A program made the translations under genes and the position numbers. Below are positions 1 to 8,753 of a DNA stretch of 38,308 nucleotides, one piece after another. Source of the stretch: Alcaligenaceae bacterium (GTDB lineage: Bacteria > Pseudomonadota > Gammaproteobacteria > Burkholderiales > Burkholderiaceae_B); NCBI GenBank assembly GCA_012511095.1, contig JAAZGT010000191.1:1-38308 (forward strand), in the 5' to 3' direction. Each line of letters opens with the position of its first letter. Positions within the stretch are counted from its first letter, which is position 1. Under the pieces are notes generated by a model that worked only from the letters and a program-made list of their open reading frames with translations, was not told where the DNA came from and did not search any database.

Positions 1-3000
1 CCAAGACTTGATGTGATTAGCCAATCTCAAAATGAGATTATGTCGCGTCAGCACGCCGAATGCTTTGCTGAATTAAAATTCCAAACAACTGATGGCATCT
101 ATAACGCCCATTGGAGTCAACGTCGTGCACACGGCAAAGTCGATGGTAATTTACAGCAAGTAAAGCGCGAGTTATTCGATGTTAATACAGGCAAATTACT
201 TTCAAGTCGTATTGCCGAAATCAATCAGATGACAGCAGATATTACGGGCTTAGATTTTGACCGTTTTACTCGTACCATGCTATTGGCTCAAGGCCGTTTT
301 GCTGATTTCTTAAATGCTAAAGAGGAAGAACGTTCACCCATCTTGGAGCAAATTACAGGCACCCAGATTTATAGTGATATCTCTATTAAGGTGCATCAAA
401 TAAAAACCCAAGAAGAAAAAAAGCTTGCTGCACTCACGGACTCCTTAGATGAAATCAATCTCTTAGAATCAGATGTGGTTGAGTCGTTAAAAAATGACTT
501 AAATGAGTTAGAAAATAAACTCACAACCATTAATACTGAGCAAACAAAATATAAAAAATTGCTAGATTGGTGGGACGAACTGCTCAAAACACAAGACCTC
601 AAAGAAAAGGTAGATGTCGACCTCGCACAATGCCTCAGAGATAATGAAGAGTTTGAGCCGCTGGCTCAGGCACTTACCCTAGCCAACAAAACCCTGCCAT
701 TAATTAAGGACCACACTAGACTTAACTCATTACGTGACACCCTAAATGATCATCAAAAGAGTTTAGTCGACTTAAAACCGCAATTAAGCCTTGCAGCTAC
801 AGCACGTGATACGGCAGTAGCAGAGTGCCTTAAAGCTGAAAATGATGAGCAAAAACAACGCCAACATTTAGAGGAGCAAAGAAAGCTTTTTAATGAGGTG
901 CGCCAATTAGACAACGATATTAATCAAGCAAATACTTCGCAACAAGAAGAATTACAGCGCTTGAAAAGAGCTCAGCAGCAAATCGAAAACACGTCAACTA
1001 AGCTTAATCAGGACCAAATCCGTTATCAACGGCTTAGCGTTTTTATAAAACAACTTCATCAACGTCTTATAAATCGTGGTTATGATTTAGAGCCAGTCGA
1101 TGCGCAAGATATTGAGTCTTATTTAACTGCTCTTAGCCACAACGCCCAGATCAGACAACTAAACCAAGGCATAGAAAATATCAAGCAACAACTGCTCGAT
1201 ATCGATAGGTTGAGTCAACTTATTGAAGACTATGACGGGCTTAATAAAAAATTAGATCAGCATCTCAAAAGCAAAGCTGCTTTAGAAAAATCAATAACAG
1301 AGTTTGATCAGCAAAAAGCACAGCTTTTACAAGCTAAGGAATTATGTGAGGCGAAGCTCAAGCAACGTGAAGCCGAATATAAACTTTCGCTCACTATGCA
1401 ATCGTTGGAGCAACATCGTGCTGAATTAGTCGATGGCAAACCGTGTCCGCTTTGTGGCTCTTTAGAGCATCCATTAGCCGATACTGAGGTACTACCCCTT
1501 GAAAGCGCAACAGAGGCTTTGGAGGTGGCTAAAAAAGTCGCGCATGACTCCATGCTCAAGCTTAATGATAACGCCCAAAAGACAGCAGGCCTTGAGGCCG
1601 AATTACGAACTATTGAGCAACAAATCACCAATGTTGCCGAGGAACGCAAAGGCCTATTGAATCGCATTCAGTCAAAGCATCAGCTTATTGAGCAGCTATT
1701 CACAACAAATAATGTCATTCAAGCAACAAGCGATTTACAAGAGGCTCTAGATACGGCTCAAATCACCCCTGCCCTTTTTGTTACACAGAAAAACCAACTC
1801 ACGGAGCAAATCAACCGTCTAACTAAAGAGTTAAACGATAGGCGACGTGTCCAAGGTTACAGCAATCGCATTAGTGTTGAAATCGAGGGTTTAAAAGTTG
1901 GTATAAAAAACAATAACGAACTACTTACTACAAGCGAAGAGGATGCTAAGCAGCTCCAAGAATCCATCAAAGGTATAAAAAACAAAGTTGAGCAGTTTAA
2001 GACGACTAGGCAAGAGCTGTTTGGAAATAAAAACCCCAATGAAGAAGAGGCCAAACTCCAAGCTTTACACCAACAGCTCGAAGTAATTGCAAAGCAAAAA
2101 GCTACAACACGACAAACCACTCTAAACGATTACACCAAGCTAGAGCAGCGTATTGCTCATTTAAAAGAAAACTCTGAGCAAATTAAACTAAGACTGAGTA
2201 ACTTGGAACCTCAATTCAAAGAGCAGTTACAGCAACAGCAATTTGATAGTGAGGAAAGCTTCTTAAAAGCCTGTATGGATGAAAATGAGCGCCTAAGTTT
2301 AGACCAGCAACAACGCAGTTTAAGTGAGCGTAAAAACAGCCTCAAAGAGCGACTACAACAAGCTAATAACACCCTAAAGCAACTGGCAGCACAACACCCT
2401 GAACCACCTCAAAAGCGCGAGCTCTGCCAAGCAGAATACGATTCGTTAGAAGCTCAAAAAGCTACCCTTAACGAAGCGAAGGGTCGTGCCAGTGAAAGGC
2501 TTGATAATCATCGCCAAGCCCAAGCCCGTATTGCTGAGCAACAAAAGCTTATCGATGCCCAAGAAAAGGAAACGCAACGTTGGCGCTTATTACATGAGTT
2601 AATTGGCTCTGCCGATGGCAAGAAGTATCGTAACTTTGCTCAAAGTCTAAGCTTTGAGTTAGTGTTGCATTATGCCAATGCACAACTAGCTCAGATGAAT
2701 GATCGCTACTCACTGCGCATTAATCCTGAACTAGGTAGTAAGCTCGACCTCTTTGTTGAAGACCATTATCAAGGAGCAGAGTTACGCTCTGTTAAAAACC
2801 TTTCTGGTGGTGAAAGCTTTATCGTAAGCTTAGCCTTAGCCCTCGGCTTATCACAGATGGTGGCGGGTAATATGCGCCTAGAATCACTGTTTTTAGACGA
2901 GGGTTTTGGTACCCTAGATGAAGACAGTCTAGATATTGCGCTAAGCTCGCTTGCTAACTTGCACCGAAGCGGTAAAACTATTGGTATTATTTCTCACGTT

Positions 3001-3096
3001 GCCGCCTTAAAAGAAAGAATCAGCACCCAGATTCAAGTCATTCCCATGAGCGGTGGTCGTAGTCGTTTAGAGGGTCCGGGCGTTAGGGCTATGTAA
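1..3096 (+). CDS. sbcC: SbcC/Rad50-like SMC ATPase subunit of the SbcCD nuclease (5'-truncated by window edge)
   Basis: The frame is open from base 1 (PRLDVISQ...), so the real start and Walker A lie upstream. Visible motifs: Q-loop LLAQGRFADFL, long coiled coils, central zinc hook CPLCGS, signature LSGGESF, Walker B/D-loop LFLDEGFGTLD, H-loop IISHV. Confidence 0.95.
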   Translation, partial: PRLDVISQSQNEIMSRQHAECFAELKFQTTDGIYNAHWSQRRAHGKVDGNLQQVKRELFDVNTGKLLSSRIAEINQMTADITGLDFDRFTRTMLLAQGRFADFLNAKEEERSPILEQITGTQIYSDISIKVHQIKTQEEKKLAALTDSLDEINLLESDVVESLKNDLNELENKLTTINTEQTKYKKLLDWWDELLKTQDLKEKVDVDLAQCLRDNEEFEPLAQALTLANKTLPLIKDHTRLNSLRDTLNDHQKSLVDLKPQLSLAATARDTAVAECLKAENDEQKQRQHLEEQRKLFNEVRQLDNDINQANTSQQEELQRLKRAQQQIENTSTKLNQDQIRYQRLSVFIKQLHQRLINRGYDLEPVDAQDIESYLTALSHNAQIRQLNQGIENIKQQLLDIDRLSQLIEDYDGLNKKLDQHLKSKAALEKSITEFDQQKAQLLQAKELCEAKLKQREAEYKLSLTMQSLEQHRAELVDGKPCPLCGSLEHPLADTEVLPLESATEALEVAKKVAHDSMLKLNDNAQKTAGLEAELRTIEQQITNVAEERKGLLNRIQSKHQLIEQLFTTNNVIQATSDLQEALDTAQITPALFVTQKNQLTEQINRLTKELNDRRRVQGYSNRISVEIEGLKVGIKNNNELLTTSEEDAKQLQESIKGIKNKVEQFKTTRQELFGNKNPNEEEAKLQALHQQLEVIAKQKATTRQTTLNDYTKLEQRIAHLKENSEQIKLRLSNLEPQFKEQLQQQQFDSEESFLKACMDENERLSLDQQQRSLSERKNSLKERLQQANNTLKQLAAQHPEPPQKRELCQAEYDSLEAQKATLNEAKGRASERLDNHRQAQARIAEQQKLIDAQEKETQRWRLLHELIGSADGKKYRNFAQSLSFELVLHYANAQLAQMNDRYSLRINPELGSKLDLFVEDHYQGAELRSVKNLSGGESFIVSLALALGLSQMVAGNMRLESLFLDEGFGTLDEDSLDIALSSLANLHRSGKTIGIISHVAALKERISTQIQVIPMSGGRSRLEGPGVRAM

Positions 3097-3119
3097 TCAA
3101 TATTTTAGGAGATGATTCG

Positions 3120-4010
3120 ATGACAAACTTTGAAATAAGTGACAACCTTATAGAGGAGTGGTTAAACCACTGTCATCAGAACTTCCCAGCGCTACTGCAA
3201 GAGCGTAGCTTAGACAGTAACAAGGGCACTTTTGGTACAGTGGCCGTCGTTGGTAGTACAAGTGGTATGAGTGGCGCTATCGTGCTAGCGGGTGAGGCTG
3301 CCCTAATGACAGGTTGCGGTAAGGTGTGGCTTGGTTTTTGTCAAAACAGCTTGCCTGTACCTTATATTACTGATAGGCCCGAGTTAATGCTGACTACAGC
3401 AGACAAGCTACTGACTCGTGAAGATATTACTCATTGGGCTGTGGGCTGCGGTATGGGTCAGTCACAAACCGCCTATGACACTTTAAAAACCATATTGCAG
3501 CAAGTTGCTCAAGAGCCCTTATTGCTTGATGCCGATGCCTTGAACATTCTTAGTCAATCGCCAGAGCTCATTGAGTACCTAGCTAGTCGATTAACACCAG
3601 CCATTATCACACCCCACCCTACTGAGGCTGCACGCTTATTAGAATGTAGCACCGAAGAGATAATGGCCGACAGAGAGGAAGCGGCCCTTGAACTAGCCGA
3701 AAAATACTATAGCCGAGTCGTTTTAAAAGGCTACCAAACTGTCGTAGCCGCCCCCGATGCTGAATTAACCATTAACCAAAGCGGCAACCCTGGCTTAGCC
3801 ACAGCAGGCAGCGGAGATGTTTTAAGCGGCATGATTATTAGTCTCTTGGCACAAAGCATAGCAGCTGATGAGGCCGTTGAAGGGGGTGTTTGGCTACATG
3901 GTGCCGCAGCGGATTTATTAGCGCTTAACCAAGTCGGCCCTATTGGTCTCTGCAGTGGTGAAATCGCCGAGGCCGCACGTTTTTTACGTAACCTTTTAAT
4001 TGCGGCCTAA
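3120..4010 (+). CDS. nnrD: ADP-dependent NAD(P)H-hydrate dehydratase (YjeF C-terminal domain only)
   Basis: Motifs SNKGTFG..AVVG...GMSGA, GCGMG, LLLDADALN, IITPHPTEAARLL, VVLKG, GNPGLATAGSGDVLSG, WLHGAAAD. AGGAG RBS upstream. No epimerase domain. Confidence 0.92.
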   Translation: MTNFEISDNLIEEWLNHCHQNFPALLQERSLDSNKGTFGTVAVVGSTSGMSGAIVLAGEAALMTGCGKVWLGFCQNSLPVPYITDRPELMLTTADKLLTREDITHWAVGCGMGQSQTAYDTLKTILQQVAQEPLLLDADALNILSQSPELIEYLASRLTPAIITPHPTEAARLLECSTEEIMADREEAALELAEKYYSRVVLKGYQTVVAAPDAELTINQSGNPGLATAGSGDVLSGMIISLLAQSIAADEAVEGGVWLHGAAADLLALNQVGPIGLCSGEIAEAARFLRNLLIAA

Positions 4011-4934
4011 TTACGCCTCATGAAGTGCCTGTTGTAGCAGTCGTTTAGTGCTTTGATTATGGCGCCATTCGATCATTGAAGCGATCACACCGCTACCAAT
4101 CACTATAGCAATACCCAGCCAACTGAGCGCGTCAGGGAACTGCTTCCAAATCACCCAAGCAATGGATGTTGCTGCCACTATTTGTAAGTATACAAAAGGC
4201 GCTAAAAGCGACGCAGGCGCGTTTTGATAGGCCTTTATCTGTAACCAATGACCTAAGGTACCAAAGACGCCTGTAGAGGCTAAGATAAGCCAATCCACCC
4301 ACTCATACTCAACTAAGATACGTGCTACATCATCTAAATAAAAAAACACTAAAACCGTACTGATGGCAGTACCTACTAAACCAGTCCATAACAACGTGGT
4401 CATCGAGTCATCTTCGGCCAATTTACGCGTTACCAAAAACTGCAGTGAGAAAATACCCGCCGTCATCAGTCCAAACATCACACCAAGTGGGTGGAGTCCC
4501 GAACCTGGTCGCACAATAATTAATACTCCAGCAAAACCACAAAACGCTGCTAGCCAACGATAGAGTCGCGATGGCTCTTTCAACACAAAGGGCGCTAAGC
4601 ATAAAACCAATAAAGGGGCTAAAAAATTAATTGAAGTTGCTTCTGCCTGAGGTAAATAACTTAATGCTGTAAAAAACGTCAATGTTGCAGTTAAAACAAC
4701 CGTGCCCCGCACTATTTGGAACTTCATCTGCTTTGATTTAAAAATACTTAAACCACGATTAGGTAAAGTAAAAATCAACACTAAAATCGCATGAATTAAA
4801 TAACGCACCCAACTCAGTACCACTAACGGCAGACCAAACTGCATCAACCACTTACCACCTGCGTCTAAAGACGATAAGGCCCAAGTAGACAAGATTAATA
4901 AAGCGATACCAATAAAGGGACGATGAGTAGACAT
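4011..4934 (-). CDS. EamA/DMT family transporter, paralog 1
   Basis: About 10 hydrophobic segments. Motifs ALSYLPQAEATSINFLAPL, GVLIIVRPG, AYQNAPASLLAPFVYLQ. ATG at 4934 (MSTHRP) is preferred over GTG at 4964 because it aligns with the start of paralog 2. Confidence 0.9.
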   Translation of the reverse strand: MSTHRPFIGIALLILSTWALSSLDAGGKWLMQFGLPLVVLSWVRYLIHAILVLIFTLPNRGLSIFKSKQMKFQIVRGTVVLTATLTFFTALSYLPQAEATSINFLAPLLVLCLAPFVLKEPSRLYRWLAAFCGFAGVLIIVRPGSGLHPLGVMFGLMTAGIFSLQFLVTRKLAEDDSMTTLLWTGLVGTAISTVLVFFYLDDVARILVEYEWVDWLILASTGVFGTLGHWLQIKAYQNAPASLLAPFVYLQIVAATSIAWVIWKQFPDALSWLGIAIVIGSGVIASMIEWRHNQSTKRLLQQALHEA

Positions 4935-5131
4935 ACTATGCAATAACAATAAAGAGCCAGTCACAAATCGACATGCCCCGAAATAATGAATTAACTATCT
5001 ATTGAATTGAAAATGAAATTGATGCTGATAAAGGTCTTTGTTAACAACAAGCATCATCAAAGTATGCCCGATATTTAAGGCGTTGTGACTAAGGTATTGT
5101 GCCTATATATTAGAATTTTGACACACAAATG

Positions 5132-5166
5132 AAAAATGCCCTTGCTAAAAATAGCAAGGGCATTTT
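5132..5166 (-). terminator. Intrinsic terminator downstream of tRNA-Lys (probably bidirectional)
   Basis: Inverted repeat AAAATGCCCTTGCTA-aaaa-TAGCAAGGGCATTTT with A/T tails on both sides, 6 bp past the tRNA CCA end. Confidence 0.9.
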
Positions 5167-5172
5167 AAATTC

Positions 5173-5248
5173 TGGTGGGCTGGGCGGGATTCGAACCCGC
5201 GACCAACGGATTAAAAGTCCGCTGCTCTACCGACTGAGCTACCAGCCC
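5173..5248 (-). tRNA. tRNA-Lys (anticodon UUU)
   Basis: Reverse complement reads GGGCTGGTAGCTCAGTCGGTAGAGCAGCGGACTTTTAATCCGTTGGTCGCGGGTTCGAATCCCGCCCAGCCCACCA: 76 nt, acceptor stem GGGCTGG/CCAGCCC, anticodon loop CT-TTT-AA, T-loop TTCGAAT, encoded CCA. Confidence 0.98.
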
Positions 5249-5260
5249 CGAAAGATTTAA

Positions 5261-5289
5261 ATTATGACCTATTATGAAGATCATGTCAA
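5261..5289 (-). promoter_or_regulatory. Sigma70 promoter of tRNA-Lys
   Basis: Minus strand TTGACA (5289-5284), 17-nt spacer, CATAAT (5266-5261), ending 12 bp before the tRNA 5' end. Confidence 0.85.
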
Positions 5290-5383
5290 CACCTAATTTA
5301 AAATAACTAAAAGATGTTGTTTTTTTGTGCATCTTTTACAACAATCTGGATAAATATTGCTTTTATAAGAATATTTATAACAA

Positions 5384-6337
5384 TTAAGTTGATTTGTTAT
5401 TTTTAATAGATTGCTTAGACTCTATTATACCTTGAACCAACTTATTTACGCGTCGATTGTCACGCCATTCGATCATTGTAACTACAACGCCGCTAGCACA
5501 AACAATAAAGATACCGAACCAACCCCACATATCAGGGAATTGACCCCAAATAGCGAGGCCTAATGCTGCGGCTGCAATAATTTGCAAATAACTAAAAGGT
5601 GCCAAGAGCGAAGCGGATGCTCGCTGATAAGCCTTAATTTGCAATAAGTGGCCTACTGTACCAAAAACACCCGTATTAAGCAATAAAAGCCATTGCCATA
5701 ACTTAAATTCTTCTAAAACCGCAATGCCCTCAGTCCACTGTAAAGGTACTAATACAAGCGAGGCCACAAAGCCTACGATGCCTGTCCACAACAAAGTAGT
5801 CATCGAGTCATCATCAGCTAACTTTCTAGTACATAAAAACTGTGTAGCAATCACCACTGCTGCTAATAAACCATACATGACCCCTATAGGGTTTAGGCCC
5901 GCACTTGGTCGCACAATAACCATCACCCCGAGAAAGCCCACAAATGCGGCCACCCAACGATGCCAGCGCATAGCCTCACCCAAAAACCAAGGGGCGATAC
6001 AAAGCACAAGTAGTGGTGCTAAGAAATAAATAGCCGTTGCCTCTGCTTGGGGCAAATAAGACAGCGCCATAAATACCGTCAAGGCAGCAAACAACGACGT
6101 ACTGCCGCGCACCACCTGCATTAGATAATGTCGACTGCGAAAGACCGCCATGCCTTTTTTAGGCAAAGTGATAGTCAAAACAATCACCACATGTAAGGCG
6201 TATCTAACTAGGATCAGCAAAAATAGTGGCAAGCTAAGCTCCATGAGCCACTTAGCGCTTGCCTCTTGAGTTGATAAAGCCCATGTCGAAAGTATTAATA
6301 GAATAATCCCGACAATGGGCTTAACAGATGTTGTCAT
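5384..6337 (-). CDS. EamA/DMT family transporter, paralog 2
   Basis: Same motifs as 4011-4934 (ALSYLPQAEATAIYFLAPL, RKLADDDSMTTLLWTG, ASLLAPFSYLQ). Starts 14 bp after the GH31-like stop. Confidence 0.9.
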   Translation of the reverse strand: MTTSVKPIVGIILLILSTWALSTQEASAKWLMELSLPLFLLILVRYALHVVIVLTITLPKKGMAVFRSRHYLMQVVRGSTSLFAALTVFMALSYLPQAEATAIYFLAPLLVLCIAPWFLGEAMRWHRWVAAFVGFLGVMVIVRPSAGLNPIGVMYGLLAAVVIATQFLCTRKLADDDSMTTLLWTGIVGFVASLVLVPLQWTEGIAVLEEFKLWQWLLLLNTGVFGTVGHLLQIKAYQRASASLLAPFSYLQIIAAAALGLAIWGQFPDMWGWFGIFIVCASGVVVTMIEWRDNRRVNKLVQGIIESKQSIKNNKST

Positions 6338-6351
6338 AGAGAATCTAAGAC

Positions 6352-8604
6352 TTAACGAATAGGAGAGATCCTAACCTCAGCACCGCGACGCTTAACCTCT
6401 AGCTCGTCGGTTTGAAGTATTTTTAGACCCTCTAGGCCCTTGATATAGCTAGAACCCTGCATTTGCATCACGCGAATTTTGTTACGCATGACCACTGGGT
6501 TATGCAATGGCATACCGAATAACCAGATTTCATCTAGAATACGAGCCGAGTTCATTTCGCCTAAATGAGCAATGGTAGGACCCACAGCTAACATATGACC
6601 CTCGCGACCAAATGCTGGAATCGTGTCAAGTCCACAATGATACTCAAGTGTCTGACCGCCCTCATAGCGCTCACCCGTATTTAGATCCCACCAAGCCTCG
6701 TTGGCAGGTAAATAAACGATAGTGCTATTACTGTCATCTAAAATCGGTGCGATTAAAACCGCAGGACCAAATAAAAACTGATTATCAAACTCTGCGGCCA
6801 CCTGATCATTAGGAAAAGCCAAGGGCATTGAGTTTTGAACTGGCTGACCACCGCGCACACCCTCTTCGATAATGCCTAGTACATAAGGAATTAAACGATA
6901 GCGTAAACCGAGCCATTGTTTAGCAATGGTTTGAGTGTCTTCGTCGTAATAAATGGGTAGCTGCTCCTCTTCGGCGTGGAATGAAAAATTCGCACTAAAG
7001 GTAGAAAGCGCTAACCAGCGTAGGTATAACTCTGGTGACATCGGTTCGTCACCAGCGCGACCAATCATATGCTTAATAAATGGCACGCTGCTATTTTGTG
7101 CACTAATAAGCGTGCGGTATAGCTTGTTTAAACCCTCCCATGAATTTTCATAAGGGGCAATTTCTAAATAAGGACGACGTTGGCTCGCCATATTAATCTC
7201 ATCGTGTACCACCACGCCCTCAGGCGGTGTCGTGGTCGATGAAATACCGTCATAGAGCGATTGCTCCATTAAAGTTGGGAATAACCTACGAAGTAAGGCG
7301 CCCTCTTCGTTGTGACGACCGCAGGCTTCATCAGGCAATTCAACAATCGATGTGGCTGTTTTAAGCGACTGACCGTGCTCTAATAATTGCTGATGTCGAT
7401 CACGCCAAAATATGTAGGCATCTTTGTAAGTCAGGTCTAAGAGACCGTAATCCTTGCCGCCAGTATGTCGCGTACCTTTGAATTGCAGCGCATCGCCTTC
7501 GGCGTCCATGACCATCCAACCACGGTCGTCAAGCTCTTCGAATAAGTGCGTACCGACGTAAATCGCTGGAAAAGTCGGCACAATAGCGTGCCAATCATTT
7601 TCTTTGAGATTATCAAAATAGGCGCGGGTATTATCACCTAGACGCTCGGCATCCCAATCAAGGTTGAGACGATCACTGTCAATCACAAGCATCGTTGGCC
7701 ATGCATACTCTAAGGTGTTAATAGAAATATCATGCTCACGCAACTGCTTAGCAAAGAGCAAGAACTCATCATCGCCCTGCTCATCTAGCTGCTTTAAGCC
7801 TACGCCCATCGCCTCTAGAGTCGGCTGACCGCCACGACCATTTAAGGCAGTGAATTGGTCAAAAATCTCTAGGGGCTCACCAGTGAATAAGTACAAATCA
7901 AAGCGCTTATTATCAGTACGCAATTGATAAGTAGACTCATCTTCGGTGGTTGCCACACTATGAATACAGCGATCAAAACCGTTTAAATATAGGCCCCAAC
8001 CATGAGTGGTCCAAGCCAGAGGCGAGAACTTAAAATCAGGTTGATCAGATACCAACTCCTCGGAGCGGCGATCAAAATTTTGTTCTGTCACACCTAAGCC
8101 ATAGACCGCTTGCTCTTCTGGCAAGTCGAGCATCAACGCCCAAGACTCGTCATAAACAAAAGGCTCTTCAAAATTACCGGAGGTTTGAAGTAAAACCTCC
8201 GCATCGGCATATGCCGCAACAGCATCTTGCTTAGGAGTAGTCTCTTCCTCGCCCTCAATAGCAGTTTCAGCCGACTCTACAGCATTTTTCTTGAGTAATT
8301 TAAAAGAAAAAGGCTGCTTTGTAATTAATAAAGCACAATCACGCTGAGCCAAAAGCCATGAACCCTCTTGCTCTACAACGATTAGCTCAGCTGGCTGATC
8401 GTTAGGAATAACAGATAATTCTTCTCTTGTTTTAACTCTGTCATTAGTTTCAGATATGGATAGATTTTTTAAGGAATCGCAACAAAGTCTAAATACACCA
8501 GGAGCTTGTGCCTCTATACGTAACACATAGTCCTCGTGGCCTGTAGAGAACTCTACACTATGATTGGTTTTAGACTCTAACGCTAATTTATCAAATTGAA
8601 TCAC
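6352..8604 (-). CDS. Glycoside hydrolase family 31-like protein (YicI-type architecture), catalytic motifs apparently degenerate
   Basis: GH31 hallmarks EQAVYGLG, DLYLFTGEP..I..QFTALNGR, LLDLTYKDAYIFW, ELYLRW, LRYRLIPY, FPND......DNQFLFGPAVLIAP, VYLP...WWD..TGERYEGG, IPAFGREG. GTG start, no signal peptide. Confidence 0.85.
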   Translation of the reverse strand: MIQFDKLALESKTNHSVEFSTGHEDYVLRIEAQAPGVFRLCCDSLKNLSISETNDRVKTREELSVIPNDQPAELIVVEQEGSWLLAQRDCALLITKQPFSFKLLKKNAVESAETAIEGEEETTPKQDAVAAYADAEVLLQTSGNFEEPFVYDESWALMLDLPEEQAVYGLGVTEQNFDRRSEELVSDQPDFKFSPLAWTTHGWGLYLNGFDRCIHSVATTEDESTYQLRTDNKRFDLYLFTGEPLEIFDQFTALNGRGGQPTLEAMGVGLKQLDEQGDDEFLLFAKQLREHDISINTLEYAWPTMLVIDSDRLNLDWDAERLGDNTRAYFDNLKENDWHAIVPTFPAIYVGTHLFEELDDRGWMVMDAEGDALQFKGTRHTGGKDYGLLDLTYKDAYIFWRDRHQQLLEHGQSLKTATSIVELPDEACGRHNEEGALLRRLFPTLMEQSLYDGISSTTTPPEGVVVHDEINMASQRRPYLEIAPYENSWEGLNKLYRTLISAQNSSVPFIKHMIGRAGDEPMSPELYLRWLALSTFSANFSFHAEEEQLPIYYDEDTQTIAKQWLGLRYRLIPYVLGIIEEGVRGGQPVQNSMPLAFPNDQVAAEFDNQFLFGPAVLIAPILDDSNSTIVYLPANEAWWDLNTGERYEGGQTLEYHCGLDTIPAFGREGHMLAVGPTIAHLGEMNSARILDEIWLFGMPLHNPVVMRNKIRVMQMQGSSYIKGLEGLKILQTDELEVKRRGAEVRISPIR

Positions 8605-8753
8605 ACAATTCTCTTTTATTGATTTTGGTAGTTATAGGACATTTTTTATGGTTAATTGTCCACTTACATCTATCTATTATGACTTTTTTTTCAATATTTT
8701 TAAACCGAAATTGATTTTTACTCAGAAATAGGTTTAAAATAGCGCCCCTTTTT

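Noticed and set aside
13-15. ORF-track start for sbcC
   Set aside because: The frame is open from base 1 and Walker A is absent, so the gene starts upstream of the window. It is not a short variant.
5173-5248. tRNA-Lys as a genomic island or prophage attachment site
   Set aside because: No integrase, no duplicated tRNA 3' end, and the native terminator follows directly.
4363-6029. Two antisense ORFs (4363-4563, 5724-6029) sharing PVHNxVVIESSSAN
   Set aside because: The similarity simply mirrors the paralogous EamA genes on the other strand.
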